IMG/VR virus record: IMGVR_UViG_3300020381_000027
Span: 1 to 34,780 of that record
DNA length: 34,780 nt
Strand: one strand, 5' to 3'
Source of the DNA: a virus
Taxonomy: Duplodnaviria; Caudoviricetes
How positions within the stretch are numbered: position 1 is the stretch's first letter; each line of letters begins with the position of its first letter. The translations under genes and the position numbers were made by a program. The notes under the pieces are model-generated. The model did no database searches. It was not told the origin of the DNA and was given only the letters and a program-made list of their open reading frames with translations. Shown here piece by piece: positions 19,203 to 26,020 of this stretch.

Positions 19203-19332
19203 AGGTCTATACAACAAGGTAGCACACGTACCTGTTTTTCACAAAACTTCGATTGGACGCAGACCTAGTTTGCAAAAAATGAATAAACATAAACGTAGGT
19301 CGTATAAGCCTTACCGGGCACAAGGCCGGTAG
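19189..19332 (+). CDS. 47-aa highly basic peptide ending YRAQGR
   Basis: MARAKGLYNKVAHVPVFHKTSIGRRPSLQKMNKHKRRSYKPYRAQGR; no acidic residues. Confidence 0.7.
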   Translation: MARAKGLYNKVAHVPVFHKTSIGRRPSLQKMNKHKRRSYKPYRAQGR

Positions 19333-19421
19333 TGTTCTGGAATTTTATAGTTTTTTTATTTATAATTGATATAATATTATTTTTAATTTTAGGAGTAGGA
19401 ATTTTCTTACATTTATTATGA
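19332..19421 (+). CDS. 29-aa single-TM peptide
   Basis: GTG start overlaps the upstream TAG; FWNFIVFLFIIDIILFLILGVGIFLHLL; stop overlaps the next ATG. Confidence 0.5.
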   Translation: MFWNFIVFLFIIDIILFLILGVGIFLHLL

Positions 19422-19630
19422 AGTTTATCTTAATACTATCGGTGTGTTCTTTTTTAACTGGTGAATGTAAACCTCCGGTTCAACCTCCTATTGTATATAA
19501 TAATTGGAGTGAATGTGCAGCCGATGCATCTCTTAAAAGTTTAGAATTATTACAAAAAGAAGGCAAAGAAAACGTTAACAGATATAGACTAGCCGTTAAG
19601 TTTGGTTGTTATGAAGTTAATGATGTGTGA
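19418..19630 (+). CDS. Small Cys-containing exported protein
   Basis: Hydrophobic N-terminus and four Cys. Confidence 0.68.
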   Translation: MKFILILSVCSFLTGECKPPVQPPIVYNNWSECAADASLKSLELLQKEGKENVNRYRLAVKFGCYEVNDV

Positions 19631-19667
19631 TATTTTTACAACATAAACCCAGAATGGACATTTAATG

Positions 19668-19695
19668 TTGCCGTGAGCGTGAATGCTCACGGCAA
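19668..19695. repeat. Perfect 11-bp inverted repeat (terminator/processing site)
   Basis: TTGCCGTGAGC-gtgaat-GCTCACGGCAA; no U-tract on either strand. Confidence 0.65.
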
Positions 19696-19861
19696 ACAAA
19701 AGGTGTGAGAAGAGATCGCTAGAATACATTAAAAATTATTTACTTGCAAGTGTTGATATTTTATAATATTTTATCATAAAATGTTAAAAATAAATAACAA
19801 GGGGTTTGACAATCCGTTAAATGTATAAAGGGTTTTACTCCTAACAAATAGAAAGAAAAAT

Positions 19862-20041
19862 ATGAGATATACATATAAAATAAGAGAACTAGGACTAGAC
19901 AAACCAATACAAGATATGCAAGCCATGTCTTTTAAAAAGTTGCGTGCTAAACTAGATCACACTAAAGAATATAGTGTTGAATATACTAACAAAAAAGGTA
20001 ATTTTATAACAACAATAACAAAAGGAAAGGAAAGAGACTAA
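19862..20041 (+). CDS. 59-aa hypothetical protein
   Basis: Hand-translated MRYTYKIRELG...AMSFKKL...YTNKKGN...; TAATG-coupled to the next gene. Confidence 0.7.
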   Translation: MRYTYKIRELGLDKPIQDMQAMSFKKLRAKLDHTKEYSVEYTNKKGNFITTITKGKERD

Positions 20042-20370
20042 TGGAACCAAAGGATCCAATACCATACTCAAAAGAGTATATGAAGCAAAAATGGGGAAGC
20101 AACGAGTACAAGAAACAAACAATTCAATCAGTAAGTGACTGGATGATCAATTCAAAAGAAGAAAAAATTGTGTATCATAAAGGTCATTTAGCTTATGACA
20201 GACAACAAGACATGGATTTAAGGAAATTAGCTAATTTTATGATGGATATGGATAAGACAGGAAAAGTAGCCCTTACACAAAAGAAGTTATGTGGTCTTAA
20301 AAATATAGGTGAAAAAGGAGAGATTGTTTATCTATACATTGCTCAAAGGAGAAAACATGTCCAACACTAA
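20041..20370 (+). CDS. Hypothetical protein
   Basis: 109-aa ORF with purine-rich RBS. Confidence 0.7.
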   Translation: MEPKDPIPYSKEYMKQKWGSNEYKKQTIQSVSDWMINSKEEKIVYHKGHLAYDRQQDMDLRKLANFMMDMDKTGKVALTQKKLCGLKNIGEKGEIVYLYIAQRRKHVQH

Positions 20371-20536
20371 ACCAGGTGCTAAATCTGTATCTGTACCAAG
20401 AGCCGCTTATGATAAAGCAGTTTATCTACGCGACAAAATAATAGATGGTACAGAAGTAAGTATTAGTAAAGTATTAGAAAGTATATTAAATAAAGAGGCA
20501 AAAAAATATGGGTATAAAAACGGAAAAGCGGACTAA
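20357..20536 (+). CDS. Small putative DNA-binding (ribbon-helix-helix-like) protein
   Basis: AAAGGAG RBS before ATG 20357; KSVSVP strand followed by two predicted helices. Confidence 0.5.
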   Translation: MSNTKPGAKSVSVPRAAYDKAVYLRDKIIDGTEVSISKVLESILNKEAKKYGYKNGKAD

Positions 20537-20696
20537 AATAATTTGTCCAACATGTAAAGGTAATGGTTTTTATCGTGTGGCTTATCATCTAACCCATGAA
20601 GAGACCCACGCACAATGTGAAGATTGTGATAGACAAGGTGAAATTTATCTTGATATCCCAAATGTTAAATCATTAAGAGAAAAAGGTATGTTATGA
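20508..20696 (+). CDS. DnaJ-type zinc-finger protein
   Basis: CPTCKGNG...CEDCDRQG. Confidence 0.75.
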   Translation: MGIKTEKRTKIICPTCKGNGFYRVAYHLTHEETHAQCEDCDRQGEIYLDIPNVKSLREKGML

Positions 20697-20815
20697 AATA
20701 TGTATTAATCTTAATTACTTTGTTAACTTTAAGTTGTGGTAAAGTACAAATAGGTGACTTTGAATGGGATCCTAAAACGGCAATGGTAAGAGCAACCTTT
20801 GGAGTATCAAAGTAA
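20693..20815 (+). CDS. 40-aa putative lipoprotein
   Basis: MKYVLILITLLTLSCGK...: signal peptide II-like with LSC lipobox; coupled at both ends. Confidence 0.6.
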   Translation: MKYVLILITLLTLSCGKVQIGDFEWDPKTAMVRATFGVSK

Positions 20816-21006
20816 TGGATGAAGATGAAAAAATGAAAGTCTGGAAAGATGAAGCCGCTATGAACGGTTACATTATAAAAGATGAAGTTAAGGTAAAAGA
20901 TCTTAAAAAGTTAGTCGAAGAAATAGATGTTGTTAGGTATGAAGAACACGCCGAAGAAGAGTATCGAGCCCACTTAAAAAAATTTTTTAAGGGAGATGAG
21001 TGTTAA
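20815..21006 (+). CDS. Hypothetical protein
   Basis: 63-aa charged ORF, coupled. Confidence 0.6.
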   Translation: MDEDEKMKVWKDEAAMNGYIIKDEVKVKDLKKLVEEIDVVRYEEHAEEEYRAHLKKFFKGDEC

Positions 21007-21527
21007 ATTTAAAGTTGACGGATGAAGTTCGTGACTATGCTAACCGACAAGTTAGCATTAAAAACTTTGGTGTAAGATCTGCTGGCTTCAATGGTAACCG
21101 CATACAACAATACACGGGCATCGTTGGAGAGTGTATGTTACACAAAGCGTTGGATAAAGATTTACCTACCTATGATAGCGGATCGTTAATCGAAGATATA
21201 ATAATAAATAATAAAAAAGTTGACATAAAGACTATGGCTAGAACCGTTGATATGCGCGACTTTTACGTCCATAACTTTGTTGGTTATCAAAAAAACAGAG
21301 ACAATGATGTGTTGTTATTTATTAGTATCAATAAAACAACCGGCAACGTACAAATTTGTGGTTGGTTATCTAAAGAAGATTTTTTTAAAAAAGCTATTTT
21401 AAAACAAAAAGGGGATGGTCGACCAAGATCAGACGGAACAACGATGATGTTAAAATCTCCTAATTATGAAGTACAAAACAAACAATTAAATCAAATTAAC
21501 TCTGTAGAAGATATAAAAAATATATGA
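21000..21527 (+). CDS. Putative PD-(D/E)xK restriction-endonuclease-like protein
   Basis: GIVGE...D-x8-DIKT arrangement. Confidence 0.5.
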   Translation: MLNLKLTDEVRDYANRQVSIKNFGVRSAGFNGNRIQQYTGIVGECMLHKALDKDLPTYDSGSLIEDIIINNKKVDIKTMARTVDMRDFYVHNFVGYQKNRDNDVLLFISINKTTGNVQICGWLSKEDFFKKAILKQKGDGRPRSDGTTMMLKSPNYEVQNKQLNQINSVEDIKNI

Positions 21528-22216
21528 AACATAATAATTCTTATATCTATCCTAAAACTGTTAGAACAACGATCGACGGTAAACGTCACTATGATATTAA
21601 TAATGGTAAATGGAAACTACCTAGTGTGACTACGATATTGAATGCCACACAGTCAGCCGAGAAGCGCGAATCGCTACAAAGGTGGCGTGAACGAGAAGGC
21701 GAGGAGAATGCGGCACGGATCGTGGAGCAGTCCGGCGCAAGAGGGACCGCGATGCATAAGATACTTGAAAAATATATTATAGAAGAAGGTTATCTTGATC
21801 AAACAGAAGTAGGACAACAAGCTCACGGCATGGCCTTACAAGTTATACAAAAAGGTCTTTGTAATATTTCAGAGTATTATGGATCAGAAGCAACTTTATA
21901 TTATCCCGGACTATATGCAGGACAAACAGATTTAATTGGCTTACATAAAAATGAGTTAGCTGTAATAGACTTCAAACAAACTAACAAACCAAAAAGACGT
22001 GAGTGGATAGAAGATTACTGCATTCAATTAGCAGCATATACTATGGCCCACAATTATGTTTATAAAACTGGTATTAGTAAAGGAGTAATTATGATGTGCA
22101 GTAAAGATAACTTTTATCAAGAGTTTATAATACAAGGACTTGAAATGAAAAAATATATGCATGAGTTTTTAAGAAAAGTAGATCAATACTATGAAGAAAT
22201 GAGAGGTAAAGACTAA
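21524..22216 (+). CDS. PD-(D/E)xK exonuclease (RecB/Cas4/MGME1-like fold)
   Basis: PSVTTIL, RGTAMH, YAGQTD, IDFK, QLAAY. Confidence 0.87.
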   Translation: MKHNNSYIYPKTVRTTIDGKRHYDINNGKWKLPSVTTILNATQSAEKRESLQRWREREGEENAARIVEQSGARGTAMHKILEKYIIEEGYLDQTEVGQQAHGMALQVIQKGLCNISEYYGSEATLYYPGLYAGQTDLIGLHKNELAVIDFKQTNKPKRREWIEDYCIQLAAYTMAHNYVYKTGISKGVIMMCSKDNFYQEFIIQGLEMKKYMHEFLRKVDQYYEEMRGKD

Positions 22217-22446
22217 TGAGAGTAAGAGACTTTCAACAAGTGTTGGGTAAGTTTACAAACAATGAAAAAGGCACAATTGTATCTGATTGTCCTATATACA
22301 TTGAAACTATGGATGGTAGACTAGAAGAGATAAGAAAGGTAGAGCTACAAGAAAGCAGACTTATTAATTCTCCAGAACCCGCAAGAGTTGTAATTAAGGC
22401 AGAATCCATGAAAAGATTTATGTCACCAACATTCAAACAAAGTTAA
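22216..22446 (+). CDS. Hypothetical protein
   Basis: GAGG RBS; TAATG coupling. Confidence 0.7.
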   Translation: MRVRDFQQVLGKFTNNEKGTIVSDCPIYIETMDGRLEEIRKVELQESRLINSPEPARVVIKAESMKRFMSPTFKQS

Positions 22447-22511
22447 TTAATTGTGTCATAAATGTGGCAAAGTGTTGCATAAATGTCACTATTATGGCAA
22501 GAATAAGGCAA

Positions 22512-22791
22512 TGACCACCATAAGAGAAATATTTGAGCAATTATTTTTTTCTGTGATAAAAAAATTTGGCGTGGTCACGTGGTCAAATGGGTAAAATTGG
22601 TCTAAAAGTGTTGGTATTATTGAATAATAGCATGACCACGAGAGCGATTTTGCTTGGTCATGCTTGGTCAGAATGGTGATTTTATTGACTTTTTTGCATT
22701 ATTGCTTTGGTCAGATTATCAAAGTTGGTATCCCGCGCGCGGAACTTTTTTGTTTTTCATAAAAACTTTTTTGCCTAAAAATTTCTCTTAT
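22512..22791. repeat. Putative replication origin: TGGTCA iterons with flanking inverted repeat
   Basis: Seven TGGTCA/TGACCA copies; ATAAGAGAAAT (22520) and ATTTCTCTTAT (22781) form the inverted repeat. Confidence 0.55.
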
Positions 22792-22807
22792 ATGCTAAAA
22801 CTACCCT

Positions 22808-23098
22808 ATGCCTAAAAGACGCAAGAAATCTAAATATAAGTATGCAACTATTGGTAATAAGAAATATTACTTTTATAAAATTGTCTGGCTCGATCCATGC
22901 GGTGATGCAGGCCATGCAGAAGTAGATGAAATGAAAAAGCTAAAACCTGCAGTTATGATTTCACAGGCATACATATTTGATAAAGATAAAAATCACGTAT
23001 GGACATTTGCATCTTACGATACAGAGTCCGCTGTATTTTCTGATCGTAATTGTTTTCCTAAATCAATAATAAAAAAAATGGAGAAGATAACAATATGA
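22808..23098 (+). CDS. Hypothetical protein
   Basis: 96 aa with basic N-terminus; IVWLD and FASYD segments. Confidence 0.72.
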   Translation: MPKRRKKSKYKYATIGNKKYYFYKIVWLDPCGDAGHAEVDEMKKLKPAVMISQAYIFDKDKNHVWTFASYDTESAVFSDRNCFPKSIIKKMEKITI

Positions 23099-23217
23099 AA
23101 AAATTACTAGATAAATTTAATTTATGGTCTTTGTATTATAGACAAGAAATAGTTTGGTTTGGTATTGGATCATTTACAACATCAGTATTAATTATAATAC
23201 TTTCAATAATATTATGA
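23095..23217 (+). CDS. 40-aa single-TM peptide
   Basis: MKKLLDKFNLWSLYYRQEIVWFGIGSFTTSVLIIILSIIL; ATGA overlaps at both ends. Confidence 0.62.
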   Translation: MKKLLDKFNLWSLYYRQEIVWFGIGSFTTSVLIIILSIIL

Positions 23218-23372
23218 AGAATAAAACCTTGACCAAAAACATGCCATATGTAAAATGGAATGCTATACCACCTGTAAAAGGGCCTGACTCACAAGGAGTA
23301 ACAAATGGAAATAATAAAAAGAACGTTAGCGTTCACAAAAAGTATTTGGGTAAAAATAAACGAGTTCTTTAA
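23214..23372 (+). CDS. Small basic protein with PPVKGPDSQG motif
   Basis: Start reassigned to ATG 23214 on the basis of coupling. Confidence 0.55.
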   Translation: MKNKTLTKNMPYVKWNAIPPVKGPDSQGVTNGNNKKNVSVHKKYLGKNKRVL

Positions 23373-23869
23373 TCGGATACAGGGAGCTGTTTTGTTTTTG
23401 ATTCTTGTTGTGACTCTTCTGGATTAATATCAATTAAAGATTTGTGATCATCTAAAATTTGTTTAAGTTTAGATTCTAATTCTTTTTCTGACATATTATC
23501 TAGATTACCTGTAAGTATCATTTTTTGATCAACGTAAAGTCCACCGGCTTTGCCTCTAGCTATCTCTGCATTTATTGCAGCAGACCAAGCTCCTTTTGCT
23601 CGTGCATCTTCTCTTAATTTTGCTAGTTCTCCCAAGTGTTTTTCAAAACTAATACCATATTTCTCTTGTATCTCTGCTCGTAGCTCACCTATATATTGCA
23701 CTACCAACGGCGATATTTTAGGATTACGTAGCTCGCTCGCAGCCTGTCTAGGTCTAGTCTTATACCCCGACTCGTAAGCACACTCGCTTGGGCTCTTGCG
23801 CCCCTCATTGAAGACTAGTAATTCTGCAAACTTTATTTGTCTTTCAGTCAATTTTTTAGGTAGTCCCAT
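23369..23869 (-). CDS. terS: Terminase small subunit (HTH, Terminase_2-like)
   Basis: LTERQIKFAE...AYESGY...ASELRNP N-terminal HTH and AINAE...GK..GLY region; start at ATG 23869. Confidence 0.72.
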   Translation of the reverse strand: MGLPKKLTERQIKFAELLVFNEGRKSPSECAYESGYKTRPRQAASELRNPKISPLVVQYIGELRAEIQEKYGISFEKHLGELAKLREDARAKGAWSAAINAEIARGKAGGLYVDQKMILTGNLDNMSEKELESKLKQILDDHKSLIDINPEESQQESKTKQLPVSD

Positions 23870-23872
23870 ATA

Positions 23873-23905
23873 TTGACTTTTAACGTAATTTGAAGTACAA
23901 ATCAA
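23873..23905. promoter_or_regulatory. Overlapping divergent promoters; terS likely leaderless
   Basis: - strand TTGATT-17-TAAAAG-7 nt-ATG; + strand TTGACT-17-TACAAA. Confidence 0.5.
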
Positions 23906-24093
23906 GATGTAGTGTTGGCTTACGAAATATTTAATAGATATGGATACTGGGCACTACTTCGCTTGCTCGCACCCTTATTTAATTTAGGTCTACCATGTCG
24001 TGCTCGATACCAATCCGTTGGATAACCATTTTCTCTACACCACTCTCTATGTGATATATCTATTTGTGATTGCCATTTTGTAGGTTTATTTAT

Positions 24094-24330
24094 TTATAAC
24101 TTATCCTGTTTTAAATAATCCTCTGTAAATGGTATATCTCTAATACCAATAAACCCCGCTAATTCTACATAGCAACGCTCGTCATCTTTATCAATATCAA
24201 AATCTGTTAACATTTTTTTATAGATTTTATTTAATTGTTTTTTTGTGGGCTCGCTATCTCCTCTAACTAAAATTGTATCTACTCCGTGTTTAGTAGCACA
24301 ATTTATTTTCCATATTATTGATCCGTCCAT
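24094..24330 (-). CDS. Hypothetical protein (cassette 3)
   Basis: ATG supplied by the junction repeat. Confidence 0.7.
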   Translation of the reverse strand: MDGSIIWKINCATKHGVDTILVRGDSEPTKKQLNKIYKKMLTDFDIDKDDERCYVELAGFIGIRDIPFTEDYLKQDKL

Positions 24331-24356
24331 ATTATCCCTTCTGCTCTCTCGCTTGT
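24328..24356 (-). repeat. Cassette junction repeat, copy C
   Basis: ACAAGCGAGAGAGCAGAAGGGATAATATG on the - strand. Confidence 0.9.
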
Positions 24357-24634
24357 TGTTTTAACTTATTAATTAAATTTTCTACTTCATCACACACATA
24401 CCAAAAAACCCAACTCATTTTGCCGTCCCACCAGTCTTTCTCGTTTCCATAACCATAAACACCATAAAATTGATCTTTAGCAGTTAAATAAATATCTTCT
24501 TCGACTTGTAGCCACTCGATACCAATTTTACCCTCTTTATTCGGTTTAGGAAGTTTAGGTAATTTTTTTAAATTTCTAATGTATTTTAATATCCACGCTT
24601 TTAACTTACGTTCTCTTTTTTCTTTAGGTTTCAT
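24332..24634 (-). CDS. Hypothetical protein (cassette 2), ends QAREQKG
   Basis: Start reassigned to ATG 24634 (MKPKEK) inside repeat copy B. Confidence 0.72.
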   Translation of the reverse strand: MKPKEKRERKLKAWILKYIRNLKKLPKLPKPNKEGKIGIEWLQVEEDIYLTAKDQFYGVYGYGNEKDWWDGKMSWVFWYVCDEVENLINKLKQQAREQKG

Positions 24635-24660
24635 ATTATCCCTTCTGCTCGCTCGCTTGT
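24632..24660 (-). repeat. Cassette junction repeat, copy B
   Basis: ACAAGCGAGCGAGCAGAAGGGATAATATG; 28/29 identical to copy C. Confidence 0.9.
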
Positions 24661-24815
24661 ATGTTTTGATTAAAATGTAAATCTCTGTCTTGCTCATTTA
24701 CATAAACAAAATAATCATCGGAAAATCCATAATCCATATTTATACAATCGCAAATATCCTCTATATCAACTACAAATTTTCTTTTTTCTGTTAAATTATA
24801 TCCATATAGTTTCAT
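24636..24815 (-). CDS. 59-aa acidic protein (cassette 1), ends QASEQKG
   Basis: Hand-translated MKLYGYNLTEKRKFVVDIEDICDCINMDYGFSDDYFVYVNEQDRDLHFNQNIQASEQKG. Confidence 0.72.
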   Translation of the reverse strand: MKLYGYNLTEKRKFVVDIEDICDCINMDYGFSDDYFVYVNEQDRDLHFNQNIQASEQKG

Positions 24816-24849
24816 ACTATCCCTTCTGTTCGCTCGCTCGCTCGCTTGT
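24813..24849 (-). repeat. Cassette junction repeat, copy A (expanded GCGA units)
   Basis: ACAAGCGAGCGAGCGAGCGAACAGAAGGGATAGTATG. Confidence 0.88.
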
Positions 24850-24941
24850 TAGTTTTATATAACGGGGTAGAAGTGGCAAACGACCCAGACTTCAAACCCC
24901 GCCTATATATTAATTGGTAGTCAACCAATATTCGCACAAAA

Positions 24942-25646
24942 TTAAACATCTTGCACAAATCCCGTTTGATCTTTCAACGCTCGTCCTTTAGCATAAAGAC
25001 CGATAATAACATTTTTTGGATCATTAAATCTTAAGTCTGATTTATCACCGTTAAAAACTTTATAATTTAAAAATCTTTTTGGAAGTTTTTTTGATCTAAA
25101 AACGGCTGAAATATTTCCGCCCCGCTTTAGAATATAACTTGCTTTTTGTTTGTTATCCTCATTTAATGAATATGTTAAATGATAATTTTTAGGATATGCG
25201 CCATTTACATATTTTAAAGCCCGTTTATAAATTTTTGTATAGTCGTAAAATTTAACTTGTTTAAACTCATTATATAACCCGTGATTATTCCAATCTATAT
25301 CACTGGTCCCGTTTAATCTCACGGCGGGCTTGAGCCCTATTTTTTTAGCTTTAATTATTAATTTTTTGATTTCATTTTTTAATTGTTTTAAAAATGTATT
25401 ACGCTCTAAAAAAAACCATCTAGTCTTATTAATTCGTCCTTGCATTACGTTGTTAAACCTACCACGTCCCGCCGTAAATAAACAACTAGCTTTACAACCC
25501 GCGCTAGCCATCGGGCATACATTAAATCCGCTTGTACGCGCTGGCGCTAAATATAAAATACCCGTAAGATATTTATATTTCTGACCTTTTACGGTTTTAG
25601 CGTTGTTATCAATATTCAATAATTTTTTTGATTTATAAAATTTCAT
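24942..25646 (-). CDS. GP88-like phage protein with Cys triad (possible Fe-S)
   Basis: CPMASAGCKASC..AGRG, VRLNGTSD, FYDYTK, YHLTYS, GDKSDLRF. Confidence 0.68.
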   Translation of the reverse strand: MKFYKSKKLLNIDNNAKTVKGQKYKYLTGILYLAPARTSGFNVCPMASAGCKASCLFTAGRGRFNNVMQGRINKTRWFFLERNTFLKQLKNEIKKLIIKAKKIGLKPAVRLNGTSDIDWNNHGLYNEFKQVKFYDYTKIYKRALKYVNGAYPKNYHLTYSLNEDNKQKASYILKRGGNISAVFRSKKLPKRFLNYKVFNGDKSDLRFNDPKNVIIGLYAKGRALKDQTGFVQDV

Positions 25647-25843
25647 AAACAATCTTTACAGTAACGACTATCTGAATTTGAGCGCCAGTCACCTTTAATA
25701 TATTCCGCGCAACACCTACAATTGACAAAAATATCACCTTTTTTTGAATTATCTTTTTTACGTCTTTTTTTCTTTTTACCTATTTTAAGTAATTCCGTAA
25801 ATGTTTCATTACCTCGTAATTTAACGCCGTTTAAATAAGTCAT
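25643..25843 (-). CDS. Small basic zinc-finger protein
   Basis: CRCC...CKDC; ATGA overlap with the GP88-like gene. Confidence 0.65.
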   Translation of the reverse strand: MTYLNGVKLRGNETFTELLKIGKKKKRRKKDNSKKGDIFVNCRCCAEYIKGDWRSNSDSRYCKDCL

Positions 25844-25896
25844 ATTTTGCTTTTATATTGTTATAATTTTTTTAATATGCGCATTTTGTCGCACCC

Positions 25897-25934
25897 TTGA
25901 ATTACTGACGGCTTTTAAACCGCCAATAATTCAA
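25897..25934 (-). other. Leader hairpin of leftward operon
   Basis: TTGAATTATTGGCGGTT...AGCCGTCAGTAATTCAA; the mismatches pair as G-U on the - strand. Confidence 0.6.
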
Positions 25935-25944
25935 CTAACATTTT

Positions 25945-25987
25945 ATTATATAATATGATTGATTATGATTTCAAGATGTAATATAAA
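25945..25987. promoter_or_regulatory. Overlapping divergent promoters
   Basis: + TTGATT-17-TATAAA; - TTGAAA-18-TATAAT. Confidence 0.62.
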
Positions 25988-26020
25988 AAACAAATCAACA
26001 ACTAACTAAAAGGTGAAAAC

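Noticed and set aside
24635-24697. ORF-track N-terminal extension MSKTEIY...RRDN
   Set aside because: It overlaps the 59-aa cassette gene in another frame; the repeat-borne RBS points to ATG 24634.
24328-24849. 29-bp repeats as a CRISPR array
   Set aside because: Spacers are 150-275 bp coding genes, the repeat is not palindromic, and there is no cas operon; the 21524 nuclease is an ordinary phage exonuclease.
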